Positions 36,459 through 46,749 of a DNA stretch of 64,000 nt are shown here, in pieces. How positions within the stretch are numbered: the first letter of the stretch is position 1; the number at the start of each line of letters is the position of its first letter. The notes under the pieces were generated by a model that had not been told where the DNA came from, did no database searches, and saw only the letters and a program-made list of their open reading frames with translations. Position numbers and translations under genes: made by a program. The stretch is from Patescibacteria group bacterium (GTDB lineage: Bacteria > Patescibacteriota > Patescibacteriia > JAXHNJ01). Location of the stretch: NCBI GenBank assembly GCA_041649715.1, contig JBAZMP010000001.1, forward strand, positions 309,287 through 373,286, given 5' to 3'.

Positions 36459-37670
36459 ATGAAAAAGTTCGGACAAATTTTCATTGACAGCTTCCGGATG
36501 GCCCGCAAAGACCTGCTGGATTTTTCCCGCGACCGGATGCAGCTGGTTTTTTTCATGATCATGCCCGTTTTTATGATGATCATGACGGGTTTTATTTTTC
36601 CCTCGCAAAGCTCTTTGAAGGATATCTCTCTGGGCCTGGCCAATCAGGACAAGGGACAGATGGGGGTAATCCTGACCAAAGTGCTGACCGAGATGAAGAC
36701 TTCAAGCGGCGCCGCGATCTTTAAGATTAAGACATATGCCGATGTGGACGGCCTGAAGCAGGGGATCCGGGCCCAAGCCATAAATGGCGGCGTCTTTATC
36801 GGTTCTGATTTTTCAAGTCTCGTCCAGAACAATCAGCAAGCCACGGTTTCCCTCGTTCCGGATCAATCAAATCCACAAATTTCCCAGATTCTCACCCAGA
36901 TCTTGGAGCGGGTTATTGCCGGTACGGGGAATAGCGTCGCCCAGGCCAAGGTGGGCGAAATGTTAAAACTGACCGCCACCGCCAATCCGAGCCTGTCGCA
37001 GGTTGACCCGGAAGCCATCATTAGTCCGATCCAAACCACTTTGGATAATTTGATTCCCGGCGAGACGAATTATTTTCAGTTTATCGCCCCGGGGATAATG
37101 GCCTTGATCGTGATGATGTCGGTGATGGCGGGCTTAGCCGCTTCCGTGTCCCGGGAACGGGAATCTGGCACTCTGGACGGTTTGCTCATCGCGCCGGTTT
37201 CGCGGCTTTCCATAATCTTGGGCAAATCACTTTCTCAAACCGTCCGCGGCATGGTCCAGGGTCTGGTGGTTCTGTTTTTGGCCATTCTTATCTTTGGCGT
37301 GCACGTCTACGGCAACTGGCTGATCATGATTTTACTGATGTTCCTTGGGGTGTTTGCTTTCATGGGTGTTGGCATCCTTGTTTCCGCGATGGCCACCGCC
37401 CAGGAAACGGCCATGACCATCATGATGACCCTGCAGTTTCCCATGATGTTCTTATCCGGCACTTTTTTCCCGATTCAGCAGATGCCTCACTTCATGCAAT
37501 ATATTTCGAAAGTGATACCGCTAACTTATGAATCTACGGCCCTGCGCAAGGTCATTGTCCTAAGCGCGGGATTTAGCGCCGTCTGGACCGAGATAGTAAT
37601 ACTTTTTGTTTTCGGGGCGGTGATGCTGGCGATTGCCGTGCCGATGTTTCGGAGGATGGTGACAAGGTAA
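36459..37670 (+). CDS. ABC-2 type transporter permease
   Basis: 403 aa. An N-terminal TM helix and large extracytoplasmic loop are followed by 5 C-terminal TM helices, the typical ABC-2 architecture. It lies downstream of the ATPase. Confidence 0.75.
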   Translation: MKKFGQIFIDSFRMARKDLLDFSRDRMQLVFFMIMPVFMMIMTGFIFPSQSSLKDISLGLANQDKGQMGVILTKVLTEMKTSSGAAIFKIKTYADVDGLKQGIRAQAINGGVFIGSDFSSLVQNNQQATVSLVPDQSNPQISQILTQILERVIAGTGNSVAQAKVGEMLKLTATANPSLSQVDPEAIISPIQTTLDNLIPGETNYFQFIAPGIMALIVMMSVMAGLAASVSRERESGTLDGLLIAPVSRLSIILGKSLSQTVRGMVQGLVVLFLAILIFGVHVYGNWLIMILLMFLGVFAFMGVGILVSAMATAQETAMTIMMTLQFPMMFLSGTFFPIQQMPHFMQYISKVIPLTYESTALRKVIVLSAGFSAVWTEIVILFVFGAVMLAIAVPMFRRMVTR

Positions 37671-37671
37671 A

Positions 37672-37845
37672 CAAACTAAATTCTAAATCCGAAATCCTAA
37701 ATTCTAAACAAATCATAATATCTAAATCACAAATTCGAAACCCCATTAGAAATTCTATTTTTAAATAGGAAACCGGTTTGGGACATTGGAAAATTATTGC
37801 TTCGAATTTGTTTAGGATTTAGAAATTGAGATTTGGAATTTTATC
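37672..37845. repeat. AAATYC-family long palindromic hairpin
   Basis: AAATTCTAAATCCGAAATCCTAAATTCTAAACAAATC ... GATTTGTTTAGGATTTAGAAATT. The arms are complementary. Confidence 0.65.
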
Positions 37846-37928
37846 CTTGATATTAATTAGAAAAAAGGGGGAGATAATGGAATTTTGCTCTTTTTTTTGG
37901 TATACTTAAAAGGAAAGGAATAAAAATT

Positions 37929-40199
37929 ATGGATAATGAATCAATTAAGCCCAAGCCTCCGGTTAAAAAGGCCAATTTTACCATTTGGATCGTTTTGGGA
38001 GCGATCATAGTCATTGTTTTAGCTTTTGGCGGTTATTATCTGTACAGCCAAAGAGCCGGCAACAAAAATACCAATACAGTCAGCCAAACGAATATCAATG
38101 CCAATATCAACGAGAGCGAGAATCTGAATAATAATCTGAACTTGAATGTCAATCAGGCGGTTAACGGCAATACCAATACCTCGGTGGCCAAAACCGGCTG
38201 GCAGCTTATTACCTATCAGCGGGCGGACCACGGTTTCACTTTCCAGCTACCGGAAAATTGGACGACCTGGGGCGGCTGGAACGGCTTTCGCGAAACAGAC
38301 CCTTTGGCTGGCGCTCATTTGGCGGATAATGACAAATATCTGGACTTGACTCTCAATTATTTTGTAAATACCGAGCCGTCTTTTGAAACCTGGCTGGCGA
38401 AACGCAAAGAAGCCATAAGCAAGGACGAAACGATTATCAATGAACAGATAAAAACGATTAACGGCTCTGAGGCGGCCGTAATAGACACCCAATACGATTA
38501 TGTCATTAGCGGAGGCGGAATATATTTAAAAGTCTACGCTTTCGTACCGCGCGGCGATAAGATTTATAAACTTGAAGCAAGTGGGAAAAAGGATTTTTTT
38601 GAAAGCCAAAGCCAAGGTGTTGACGGAATAATTGAGTCTTTTAAATTTATCGACGTAAAACCAATCGCAGAGATCAATACAATTTCTTACGGGCAGAAGA
38701 TATCCTCAAACCTTGCCTATAACCTTGAAGTTGATTGGCTGGCCGAACCCTTGAGTATCAATATGAAAGAACCTTCCCTGTTAAAATCCGATAGCGGCGT
38801 TATGAACCGGGATTACTATCAAGTCGGAACGATCACTAACGGCCGCTATAAAGACAAGAAGCTGCTCGATATTTTTGAAACACCGGATGGGCCGGCTTTT
38901 TATCCTGACTTGTATCGGGTGGTATACGACGAGGAGAGTCGGACATTCACGTATCTGGAAAAACTTTCGGCCACCCTTTCCGATTACGTCAAGGAGAATT
39001 TTGCTTACGACACGGGTTCCACAATCAGCTCTTTGTCTGGAATGCCCGCCGAAATTTCCATTCCTGATTCACAGATAAAACTGGCGGCCGAAGCTTATTC
39101 TTTAAACGGACGCTTTTCCTCCTATGAAAATTTAGAGCTATTATTTACGGATACGACAGCGGGAAAAGTATATTTTGACTCGGTGAAAAAATGTTTTCTG
39201 ATCGAGACACCAGACAGTTTGGTCAAGCTCTATTATCTTAAACTGGACTTTGTCAGCAATTTCACGCCGCCGGAATATTCTTCATCCACGATTTCTCTCA
39301 TCCCAGCGGTTACTTGGACGGATGGCAGCAAAGTGACGAAAGAATACACGTACAGTGAGCCCACCGGCTGTGGGTCAAGCTATTGTCAGTCATTGTTTAC
39401 CGCCGAAGAACTCGGCGGGGCTGACGTGCTCCAAGTCGCCGGCAAGACATCGGCCGGAGATAACGTCTATGAATATAAGGATAAAAACGCCCAATTGCTG
39501 CAGGATACCTACAAAGAATACGGAGTGCCATATCAGGGCGAAAAGGTCGGTTACGAGCAATTTATAAGCGGTCACCCGGTTTTTTACTGGCCGGACCCGT
39601 TTGGCCGATATTTGCGGTTTAAGAAGTCTGAATTTTTGCCCATGGTTGAGTGTGCAAAACCCGTGATCTATCTTTATCCGGAAAAAACGGAAAAAATAAG
39701 GGTGGAAGTGGCGCCGAACGGCGGTTTCTCTGAAACGATCCCGACCTATCCAGATGACGGTTGGCTGGTAACGGCTTCTCCGGCCGGCGAGCTATTAGCC
39801 GAAGATGGCGGAATATACCCATATCTTTTCTGGGAAGGTTTTGGCTTCAACTACAAAATTCCGGACAGAGGTTTTATCGTGGCTAAAAAAGATGTCGGTG
39901 TTTTCCTCTCGGAAAAATTAATAGCCTTGGGCTTGAATGAAAAAGAGGTCGGCGAGTTCAAGGATTTCTGGCTGCCCAAGATGTCAGAAAAACCCTATTA
40001 TTTTATCACTTTCGTCGATCAGAATGTCTTTAACGAACTTGCGCCCTTGAAAGTGACGCCGCAACCCGACCGGATCATCCGGGTTTTTATGGATTATAAA
40101 CCATTGGACGCCCCGATAAGCGTGGAGCCTCTGGAGATTTCGACGCCGGAAAGATCCGGTTTCACCGTGGTGGAGTGGGGCGGTGCCCTGCACCGATAA
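37929..40199 (+). CDS. Large membrane-anchored extracytoplasmic protein of unknown function
   Basis: 756 aa. A TM anchor ending in GGYYLY is followed by an NTNTVSQTNINANINESENLNNNLNLNVN linker and no recognisable catalytic motif. Confidence 0.6.
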   Translation: MDNESIKPKPPVKKANFTIWIVLGAIIVIVLAFGGYYLYSQRAGNKNTNTVSQTNINANINESENLNNNLNLNVNQAVNGNTNTSVAKTGWQLITYQRADHGFTFQLPENWTTWGGWNGFRETDPLAGAHLADNDKYLDLTLNYFVNTEPSFETWLAKRKEAISKDETIINEQIKTINGSEAAVIDTQYDYVISGGGIYLKVYAFVPRGDKIYKLEASGKKDFFESQSQGVDGIIESFKFIDVKPIAEINTISYGQKISSNLAYNLEVDWLAEPLSINMKEPSLLKSDSGVMNRDYYQVGTITNGRYKDKKLLDIFETPDGPAFYPDLYRVVYDEESRTFTYLEKLSATLSDYVKENFAYDTGSTISSLSGMPAEISIPDSQIKLAAEAYSLNGRFSSYENLELLFTDTTAGKVYFDSVKKCFLIETPDSLVKLYYLKLDFVSNFTPPEYSSSTISLIPAVTWTDGSKVTKEYTYSEPTGCGSSYCQSLFTAEELGGADVLQVAGKTSAGDNVYEYKDKNAQLLQDTYKEYGVPYQGEKVGYEQFISGHPVFYWPDPFGRYLRFKKSEFLPMVECAKPVIYLYPEKTEKIRVEVAPNGGFSETIPTYPDDGWLVTASPAGELLAEDGGIYPYLFWEGFGFNYKIPDRGFIVAKKDVGVFLSEKLIALGLNEKEVGEFKDFWLPKMSEKPYYFITFVDQNVFNELAPLKVTPQPDRIIRVFMDYKPLDAPISVEPLEISTPERSGFTVVEWGGALHR

Positions 40200-40200
40200 A

Positions 40201-41067
40201 ATGAAAAAGTTCTGGCCGATAATACTGCTCGCGCTTTTTTTGAGTGGCTGCGGAAAATGCGTTTCGGTTAACAGAGTCGGTCCGGTAAGCGGTGATGGCA
40301 TTACGCACCGTTCATTTTTGCTGGACCGGGATTTTTTCAGCCGCGCTTACTATTCGGGCCGCGCCACTACGGTCAAGGAAAAAGTAACCGCCGGCATTAT
40401 TCCGCATCATTTGCTGGCCGCCTATTTAATCGGAGATTTTTTTAGAGGTTTGCAAGCTTATAATCAACCTTCCACGGTTGTTTTAATCGGCCCTAACCAT
40501 GCGAATTTCGGCCGGAGCCAGATTATTTCCTCACAAGGCTTCTGGCGGACGCCCTATGGCTATTTGGACCCGGATTTTAGGATCATAAACGCTCTGGTCA
40601 AAAAAGATATCGTAACGGTGGAAGAAGGGGTTTTTATCTCGGAACACTCTATTTCCGCGGAGGTGGCCTTCATAAAAAAGAGTTTTCCGCGGGCAAAAAT
40701 TGTGCCGATAATATTAAAGAACAGCACGTCCGAGCAAAAAGCCGAGCAGCTGGCGGCCGCCTTATCAAAAATATTGCCGCGCGACGCTTTAGTGGTTGCC
40801 AGTCTGGATTTTTCCCATTACGTCAGTCCGGCCGAAGCCAGGCGACAAAACAAGGTTAATATAGAGATTTTAAAAAGAAACGACCCGGCGGAAGTGGCCG
40901 ACATGTTCGTCGATTCCCGCCCGACTGCCCAGACTTTAATGTATTATTTGAAAGAAAAAGGATTCCATAAGCCTTTGATCTTATCCGATTCTAATACCGC
41001 CGAAGTGATCGGTAATCCCGATCTTGCCGAGGTAACGAGTTATATCACGGCTTATTACTACCGATGA
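40201..41067 (+). CDS. MEMO1-family protein (AmmeMemoRadiSam system protein B), lipoprotein
   Basis: Lipobox LLALFLSGC. Motifs GIIPHH, LIGPNH, SEHSISAEVAFIKKSF and ASLDFSHY match MEMO1. The start was moved to 40201 from the track's 40183. Confidence 0.65.
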   Translation: MKKFWPIILLALFLSGCGKCVSVNRVGPVSGDGITHRSFLLDRDFFSRAYYSGRATTVKEKVTAGIIPHHLLAAYLIGDFFRGLQAYNQPSTVVLIGPNHANFGRSQIISSQGFWRTPYGYLDPDFRIINALVKKDIVTVEEGVFISEHSISAEVAFIKKSFPRAKIVPIILKNSTSEQKAEQLAAALSKILPRDALVVASLDFSHYVSPAEARRQNKVNIEILKRNDPAEVADMFVDSRPTAQTLMYYLKEKGFHKPLILSDSNTAEVIGNPDLAEVTSYITAYYYR

Positions 41068-41092
41068 TGAATTAAAGCAGGGGAAATGGCTA

Positions 41093-41119
41093 TTAGCACT
41101 CTTGACCCGAGAGTGCTAA
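41093..41119 (+). promoter_or_regulatory. CIRCE operator (HrcA binding site), overlapping a TTGACC-18 bp-TATAAT promoter
   Basis: TTAGCACTC-ttgacccga-GAGTGCTAA is a perfect 9-N9-9 inverted repeat. The -10 TATAAT sits at 41126..41131, only 8 nt before the hrcA ATG, so the mRNA is possibly leaderless. Confidence 0.9.
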
Positions 41120-41139
41120 TTAAGATATAATAGTATTGT

Positions 41140-41847
41140 ATGGTTTTAGATGAGAGAAAAAGCGCTTTACTTAGCGCAATTATCAAGGAACACATAAAAA
41201 GCGGCTTGGCCGTTGGTTCTAAAATACTTGTGGATAAGTACGGTTTTCATCTGTCGCCGGCCACGATCCGCCATGAAATGACGGTTTTGGAAAAAAAAGG
41301 CTATATTTTTCAGCCTCATACATCCGCCGGCCGGATCCCAACGGAAGCTGGCTGGCAGTTTTATCTGAATAATTCCCTTAAAGATAAAAGCTTATCCGCC
41401 AAGGAAAAAGGCGATTTGGACGCCGTCTTTAAAACTTTTGAAGAGTCGGAACTCAAGGTAAAAAACTTAGCGAAAAAACTGGCGGAGATCAGCCGCGAAG
41501 CAGTGATTGTCGGTTTTAATCCTGACTACATTTATTATACCGGCCTTTCCCAGCTTTTTCGCCAGCCGGAATTTACCGAATATCATCTGATTTTCCATCT
41601 CTCGGAAGTTATCGATCATCTTGAGGAAGTGATAACCCGCTTGTTCAAAGAAGTGGCGGAAAATGATTTTAAAATTTTGGTGGGGCAGCAGAATCCGTTC
41701 GGTCCGGAGTGCGGAGCGATAGTTTCCAAATTCAAAAATAAAAAGGGAGAAGCGGGCATCTTCACGCTGTTGGGTCCGGCCAGGATGGCCTACGAGAACA
41801 ATCTGGCTCTCCTAAAATATTCTCATTCATTATTAAGCACTATTTAA
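41140..41847 (+). CDS. hrcA: Heat-inducible transcription repressor HrcA (short form)
   Basis: 235 aa. The N-terminal wHTH RKSALLSAIIKEHIKSGLAVGSKIL ... ATIRHEMTVLEKKGYIFQPHTSAGRIPTEAGWQ is HrcA-like. Confidence 0.8.
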   Translation: MVLDERKSALLSAIIKEHIKSGLAVGSKILVDKYGFHLSPATIRHEMTVLEKKGYIFQPHTSAGRIPTEAGWQFYLNNSLKDKSLSAKEKGDLDAVFKTFEESELKVKNLAKKLAEISREAVIVGFNPDYIYYTGLSQLFRQPEFTEYHLIFHLSEVIDHLEEVITRLFKEVAENDFKILVGQQNPFGPECGAIVSKFKNKKGEAGIFTLLGPARMAYENNLALLKYSHSLLSTI

Positions 41848-41859
41848 GGAAACTTATTC

Positions 41860-42372
41860 ATGGATAAACAGAGTGAACAAAAATCCTCTTTCGCTAAAGC
41901 TTCAGAGGACAAGAAAGAAGATCATGACAGCGTTGAATTTTGGAAAGCCAAGGCGGAAGAACATCTAAATGGCTGGAAGCGGGCGAAAGCGGATTACCTC
42001 AATTTAAAAAAGGATGCGCAGAAAGAAAAAGAAGATCTGATCAAATTTTCCAACGCCGCTTTGGTGATAGAGATACTGCCGATTTATGATCATTTAAAAC
42101 TGGCTTTTTATCATCTGCCGAAAGAGCTGGAAAATAGCAATTGGGTAAAAGGCATTTCCGGCATAAAAAAACAGACCCAGGATTTTTTGGAAAGTCTAGG
42201 AATCAAGGAAATTAAAACAATCGGCGAAAAATTCGATCCCAACTTTCATGAAGCCGTTGTCCACGAAAAAAAGGAAGGTTTTAAAACGGACATAATTTTT
42301 GAAGAGATAAAGCCGGGGTATATGATGGAAGGCAAGGTGCTTTATCCGGCGAAGGTGAAAGTGGCTAAATAA
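41860..42372 (+). CDS. grpE: Nucleotide exchange factor GrpE
   Basis: 170 aa. WKRAKADYLNLKKDAQKEKEDLIKFSNAALVIEILPIYDHLKLA. Confidence 0.85.
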   Translation: MDKQSEQKSSFAKASEDKKEDHDSVEFWKAKAEEHLNGWKRAKADYLNLKKDAQKEKEDLIKFSNAALVIEILPIYDHLKLAFYHLPKELENSNWVKGISGIKKQTQDFLESLGIKEIKTIGEKFDPNFHEAVVHEKKEGFKTDIIFEEIKPGYMMEGKVLYPAKVKVAK

Positions 42373-42434
42373 ATCGAGATTCGAGATTGGTGATTCGTGA
42401 TTCGTATCCGAATCCCGGATCTCGAATCACGAAC
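42373..42434. repeat. Palindromic hairpin of the GATTCG/CGAATC family
   Basis: CGAGATTCGAGATTGGTGATTCGTGATTCG ... CGAATCACGAAC. Confidence 0.55.
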
Positions 42435-42465
42435 ATATAATAATTAACAGAAGGAGAACAAAACT

Positions 42466-42882
42466 ATGGCAATTATCAGATATCGGCCCTTTTGGCCGGA
42501 ATTCGACGAAGATTTTTTTAACCTGCCGGACAAGATGATGGGTTTCACTCCCGCCGTGGATATTTATGAGGACAAAGACAATGTCATTGTGGAATCACCC
42601 TTAGCCGGACTTGACCCGGAGAAAGTGAATATTGAGATTGAGGATAATGTTCTGAAGATATCCGGAGCCAGCGAAAAAAAGAGCGAGGTAGACGAAAAGA
42701 ATTATTACCGCAAGGAAATCCGCGCCGGCTCTTTTTACCGGGCGGTCGCCCTGCCTAAGGCGGTGGAAGGCTCTAAAGCCGAAGCGACTTTCGACAAAGG
42801 AATCCTTAAAGTCGTGATCCCGAAAAAAGAAGAAGCCCGGCCGAAAAAAATCGCGATTAAAGCCAAGAAAGCGGCTAAATAA
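42466..42882 (+). CDS. Hsp20/alpha-crystallin family small heat-shock protein
   Basis: 138 aa. PAVDIYEDKDNVIVESPLAGLDPEKVNIEIEDNVLKISG ... ILKVVIPKK. Confidence 0.85.
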   Translation: MAIIRYRPFWPEFDEDFFNLPDKMMGFTPAVDIYEDKDNVIVESPLAGLDPEKVNIEIEDNVLKISGASEKKSEVDEKNYYRKEIRAGSFYRAVALPKAVEGSKAEATFDKGILKVVIPKKEEARPKKIAIKAKKAAK

Positions 42883-42982
42883 CGAGATACCGGACCCCGT
42901 GAAGGTTTGCCTTCACATGGCTTTCCGGGCGGGAAGAGGAAAATCTCGTCTTTCCACCTGGAAGATAATTAATCATAAAAAT

Positions 42983-43336
42983 ATGAACGGTTTCGATAAC
43001 AAATTTAATCAACAGTCCAATCCCGGTTTCCGGCAGATGAAATTAAACGGCCGCTGCCCGATTTGTCAGGCAATGTATGATTTCCAGAAGCTGCAAATAT
43101 TAGGCGAGCAGGACCAGTCGATTTTGGTGTATTTGGAATGTCCGGTCTGCCGTGCGGCCATTCTTTCTATTTTGTCCATGGATCCGCGCGGCTTGTCCGC
43201 CCAAGGCATGGTCACGGATCTGACCTCAGAGGAAGTGATGGACTTGAACGACTACGAGCCGGTGGATACAGATGATGTCTTGACTCTGCATGAATCATTG
43301 GAGGAAGACAAGCCGGCTGACAATTTTTTGGGATAA
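42983..43336 (+). CDS. Zinc-ribbon protein of unknown function (heat-shock operon member)
   Basis: CPICQAMYDF ... CPVCRAAIL gives two CxxC pairs. The start was moved to 42983 because the track ORF start at 42899 overlaps a terminator-like hairpin. Confidence 0.45.
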   Translation: MNGFDNKFNQQSNPGFRQMKLNGRCPICQAMYDFQKLQILGEQDQSILVYLECPVCRAAILSILSMDPRGLSAQGMVTDLTSEEVMDLNDYEPVDTDDVLTLHESLEEDKPADNFLG

Positions 43337-43342
43337 GGCTAA

Positions 43343-43435
43343 CGTGATTCGAAACTCGAGACTCGTGATTCAACCGAATCCCAAATCACGAATTACCAAT
43401 CACAAATCAATCACCAATCTTGAATCCCGAAATCA
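43343..43435. repeat. Hairpin-rich low-complexity repeat (CGAATC/AAATCA units)
   Basis: CGTGATTCGAAACTCGAGACTCGTGATTCAACCGAATCCCAAATCACGAATTACCAATCACAAATCAATCACC. Confidence 0.5.
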
Positions 43436-43483
43436 AAATAATTAACAAATTAACTAACGAATATTAAATAAAGGAAAAACAAT

Positions 43484-45394
43484 ATGTCAAAAATTCTAGG
43501 TATCGATTTAGGCACAACCAATTCCGCCATGGCGATTATTGAAGGCGGCGAGCCGAAAGTCTTGGAAAACTCCGAAGGCAACCGGACCACGCCGTCGGTC
43601 GTCGCCATTTCAAAAAAAGGCGAACGGATGGTCGGCCAGGTCGCCAAACGTCAGGCCGTGATTAACCCCACCAACACCCTTTATTCCCTGAAACGCTTGA
43701 TCGGCCGCCATTTTTCCGATGAAGAAGTGCAGAGAGATATAAAGGTTTTGCCTTTCAAAATCAAGCAGTCAGGCGAAGGCGTTAAAATAGAAATGGCGGG
43801 CAAGGATTACACCCCGCAGGAGATCTCCGCCATGGTTTTGGCGAAATTGAAAGCGGACGCAGAGAATAAATTAGGCGAGAAGATCACCGAAGCGGTCATT
43901 ACCGTGCCGGCTTATTTCGACGATTCGCAAAGACAGGCGACCAAAGACGCCGGCCGGATCGCCGGTTTTGAAGTCAAGAGAATCATCAATGAACCGACGG
44001 CCGCCGCCCTGGCCTATGGCTTTAATAAAAAGAAAGACGAGAAGATCGCGGTCTACGATCTGGGGGGCGGGACTTACGATATTTCCATTTTGGAAGTGTC
44101 GCAGGATACCGTGGAAGTGAAATCGACCAACGGCGACACCCATCTGGGCGGTGATGACTTCGACCAGAGGATCATCCAGTGGCTTGTTTCCGAGTTCAAA
44201 AAAGACCAAGGCATTGATTTATCCAATGATATCATGGCTTTGCAACGCCTGAAAGAAGCGGCGGAAAAAGCCAAGCATGAGCTTTCCACTGTGACCGAAA
44301 CGGAAATTAACCAGCCGTTCATCACCACCGACGCTTCAGGGCCCAAACATTTGCAGCTGAAAATGACCCGGGCCAAGCTGGAAAGTCTGGTCGGCGATCT
44401 GGTGGAAGCGACTAAGGCGCCCATGCAGAAAGCTTTGGATGACGCCGGTTTGAAAACTTCGGACATTAATGAAGTGATTTTAGTCGGCGGCATGACTCGT
44501 ATGCCCATGGTTCAAGCGACTGTCGAAAAATTCTTCGGCAAAAAGCCGAATATGACCGTTAACCCGGATGAAGTGGTGGCGGTCGGCGCCGCGGTGCAAG
44601 CCGGTGTGCTGCAAGGTGATGTCAAAGACATCTTGCTGCTTGATGTGACGCCTTTAACCTTAGGTTTGGAAACTTTGGGTAGCGTCATGACGCCATTAAT
44701 CAATCGTAATACAACCATTCCCACGGCCAAGACGCAGGTCTTTTCCACGGCCGCGGATAATCAGACCAGTGTGGAAATTCATGTTTTGCAGGGAGAAAGA
44801 CCGATGGCCGGAGACAACAAGACTTTAGGCAGATTCATGTTGTCTGGAATTCCGCCGGCGCCCCGCGGCATGCCGCAGATTGAAGTGACTTTTGACATTG
44901 ATGCTAACGGCATCTTGAATGTCAAAGCCAAAGACAAAGCCACGGGCAAGGAACAGGGGATCACTATTACCGCTTCCACGACATTGTCCAAAGACGAAGT
45001 GGAAAAGATGAAAAAAGAAGCGGAAATCCACGCGGCCGAAGACTTGAAGAAAAAAGAACTGGTGGATTTGCAAAACCAGGCCGAATCCCTAATCTTCATG
45101 TCCGAAAAAGCTTTGAAAGACGCGGGAGCCAAAGTGCCCGACAAAGATAAGAAAGAAATTGAAAGCAAGATTGAAGCCGTCAAAAAAGTCCAGAAATCCG
45201 AAAACAAAGATGAGATCAAGAAAGCCGTTGACGAATTGAACCAGGCCATTCAAAAGATCGGCCAGGCCATGTATGGTCAGCAAGGACCCCAGGCGGGAGC
45301 GCCAGGCGGTAAGGCCGGCCCGCAACCCGGTTCCCAAGAGCCAAAAGACGATAAAGGCCCGGTAGATGCGCAGTATGAAGAGGTAAAGAAATAA
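43484..45394 (+). CDS. dnaK: Chaperone DnaK (Hsp70)
   Basis: 636 aa. [18 protein letters not shown], the EKAK substrate-binding domain and an acidic C-terminal tail. Confidence 0.95.
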   Translation: MSKILGIDLGTTNSAMAIIEGGEPKVLENSEGNRTTPSVVAISKKGERMVGQVAKRQAVINPTNTLYSLKRLIGRHFSDEEVQRDIKVLPFKIKQSGEGVKIEMAGKDYTPQEISAMVLAKLKADAENKLGEKITEAVITVPAYFDDSQRQATKDAGRIAGFEVKRIINEPTAAALAYGFNKKKDEKIAVYDLGGGTYDISILEVSQDTVEVKSTNGDTHLGGDDFDQRIIQWLVSEFKKDQGIDLSNDIMALQRLKEAAEKAKHELSTVTETEINQPFITTDASGPKHLQLKMTRAKLESLVGDLVEATKAPMQKALDDAGLKTSDINEVILVGGMTRMPMVQATVEKFFGKKPNMTVNPDEVVAVGAAVQAGVLQGDVKDILLLDVTPLTLGLETLGSVMTPLINRNTTIPTAKTQVFSTAADNQTSVEIHVLQGERPMAGDNKTLGRFMLSGIPPAPRGMPQIEVTFDIDANGILNVKAKDKATGKEQGITITASTTLSKDEVEKMKKEAEIHAAEDLKKKELVDLQNQAESLIFMSEKALKDAGAKVPDKDKKEIESKIEAVKKVQKSENKDEIKKAVDELNQAIQKIGQAMYGQQGPQAGAPGGKAGPQPGSQEPKDDKGPVDAQYEEVKK

Positions 45395-45411
45395 CGACTT
45401 AAATAAACTCA

Positions 45412-45440
45412 AGGGGCGGAAATACTCCGCCCCGTTGGGT
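45412..45440 (+). terminator. Intrinsic terminator after dnaK
   Basis: GGGGCGGAAATACTCCGCCCC followed by a T-rich run. Confidence 0.55.
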
Positions 45441-45735
45441 GTTTAAGAATATGAGCGACTTGGATCTTAGTGAAATTAGTAAAACAGTTCCAAAAAATTG
45501 GGATACTTCTTCAATGTCTTCAGAGCCCAAGCCCGAGATTACCACCGATAGAGATTATAACCAATTATACATGGATAATTTAGACCTGAAGCGTGAAATA
45601 AAAAATCTTGAAAAAGAACTTGGGGAACAGAAAGACAGATATAAAAGACTGAAAAATTATCTTATTGAAATTGTTATAGGAGTAATAATAGTTATTATTG
45701 GCGCTTTTTTAATAAGCATATTAAATATTAATTAA
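45439..45735 (+). CDS. Hypothetical coiled-coil protein with a C-terminal TM helix
   Basis: 98 aa. The C-terminus is IEIVIGVIIVIIGAFLISIL. Confidence 0.4.
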   Translation: MFKNMSDLDLSEISKTVPKNWDTSSMSSEPKPEITTDRDYNQLYMDNLDLKREIKNLEKELGEQKDRYKRLKNYLIEIVIGVIIVIIGAFLISILNIN

Positions 45736-45743
45736 TATAATTT

Positions 45744-46037
45744 ATGAACGGAGAATCACAACAAAAAGTTAACATCAAGGCCAATGATGAGACCATGATA
45801 GGCGCTTACGCCAATAACATGATGGTGGCGCATTCCAAAGAGGAATTTGTTATGGATTTTATTCATCTTTTTCCGCCCCAAGGGTTGCTCGTTTCCCGAG
45901 TTATTACATCTCCTGGTCACATGAAACGGATTATCTCTGCCTTACAGGACAATTTAAAGAAGTACGAAGAAAAATTCGGAAAGGTTGAGCAGGCCGAAGC
46001 GCCTAAACAAGAAGGAGTAGGGTTTGAAACAAGGTAA
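45744..46037 (+). CDS. DUF3467 family protein, copy 1
   Basis: 97 aa. YANNMMVAHSKEEFVMDFIHLFPPQGLLVSRVITSPGHMKR fits the DUF3467 pattern. It is about 85 percent identical to 48453..48743. Confidence 0.65.
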   Translation: MNGESQQKVNIKANDETMIGAYANNMMVAHSKEEFVMDFIHLFPPQGLLVSRVITSPGHMKRIISALQDNLKKYEEKFGKVEQAEAPKQEGVGFETR

Positions 46038-46258
46038 ATCTAATGTTTACCCCCGGCGAAATCGCGGACGGGCTACGCCTAGCCGTCATTCCGAACTTGG
46101 TTCGGAATCTCCCACTAGAATACGCGTAATTAATAACGGAGATCCTGAAACGAGTTCAGGATGACGGGTGGGGGAATAGGCGGAAAAATTTATTTGAAAA
46201 ATAAAAGAAGCCCAAACTCCGTTGAGTCGGGCTTCACCGTAAGTTCGAAATGATCTTT

Positions 46259-46651
46259 CTACTTCCTAATCCGAGTGTCGCTACTATAAGATTGAATACC
46301 GTAGATGGGATCGCGGAGATTCGTTTTCAGTTCGATTCTGCAATCCCAGCCGGGGAAACTCTTACGGTGGTGCGAAATGACGGCTTTTGCCTCTTGAAAG
46401 GCTCTGCGCCAGAATGGCCGCATGATTTTCTTGTCAGCTTCCGGCGTGGGTTTCCAGTTGTACTCGTGCTCAGGGCTGGTTATTTTTGCCGGCACCAGGT
46501 CATTTTTTTTCAGACCGGGGAAATCCACCTTGATCTTGCCGTAGACACTAATCGCGCCCACTCTCACTAGGCGATCATCAGCCAAATGAGGCGGGGTTAA
46601 GGTGTAAGCGACTTCTATTTCAACTTTCTGCGCACTAACCGTAATGTCCAT
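46259..46651 (-). CDS. Hypothetical protein
   Basis: 130-aa ORF on the minus strand, convergent with DUF3467 copy 1. No motif recognised. Confidence 0.45.
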   Translation of the reverse strand: MDITVSAQKVEIEVAYTLTPPHLADDRLVRVGAISVYGKIKVDFPGLKKNDLVPAKITSPEHEYNWKPTPEADKKIMRPFWRRAFQEAKAVISHHRKSFPGWDCRIELKTNLRDPIYGIQSYSSDTRIRK

Positions 46652-46749
46652 AGTCAGACCCCCAAAGGTTAAGTTTTCACGTTTTCTCCAATTCAGTTTT
46701 TCAACTTAACATATTAATATTATACTGTCAAGCCTAAAAAGCCGGCCAA

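Noticed and set aside
35945-36832. Minus-strand ORFs inside the ABC ATPase and permease genes
   Set aside because: They are antisense to genes with clear Walker motifs or TM topology.
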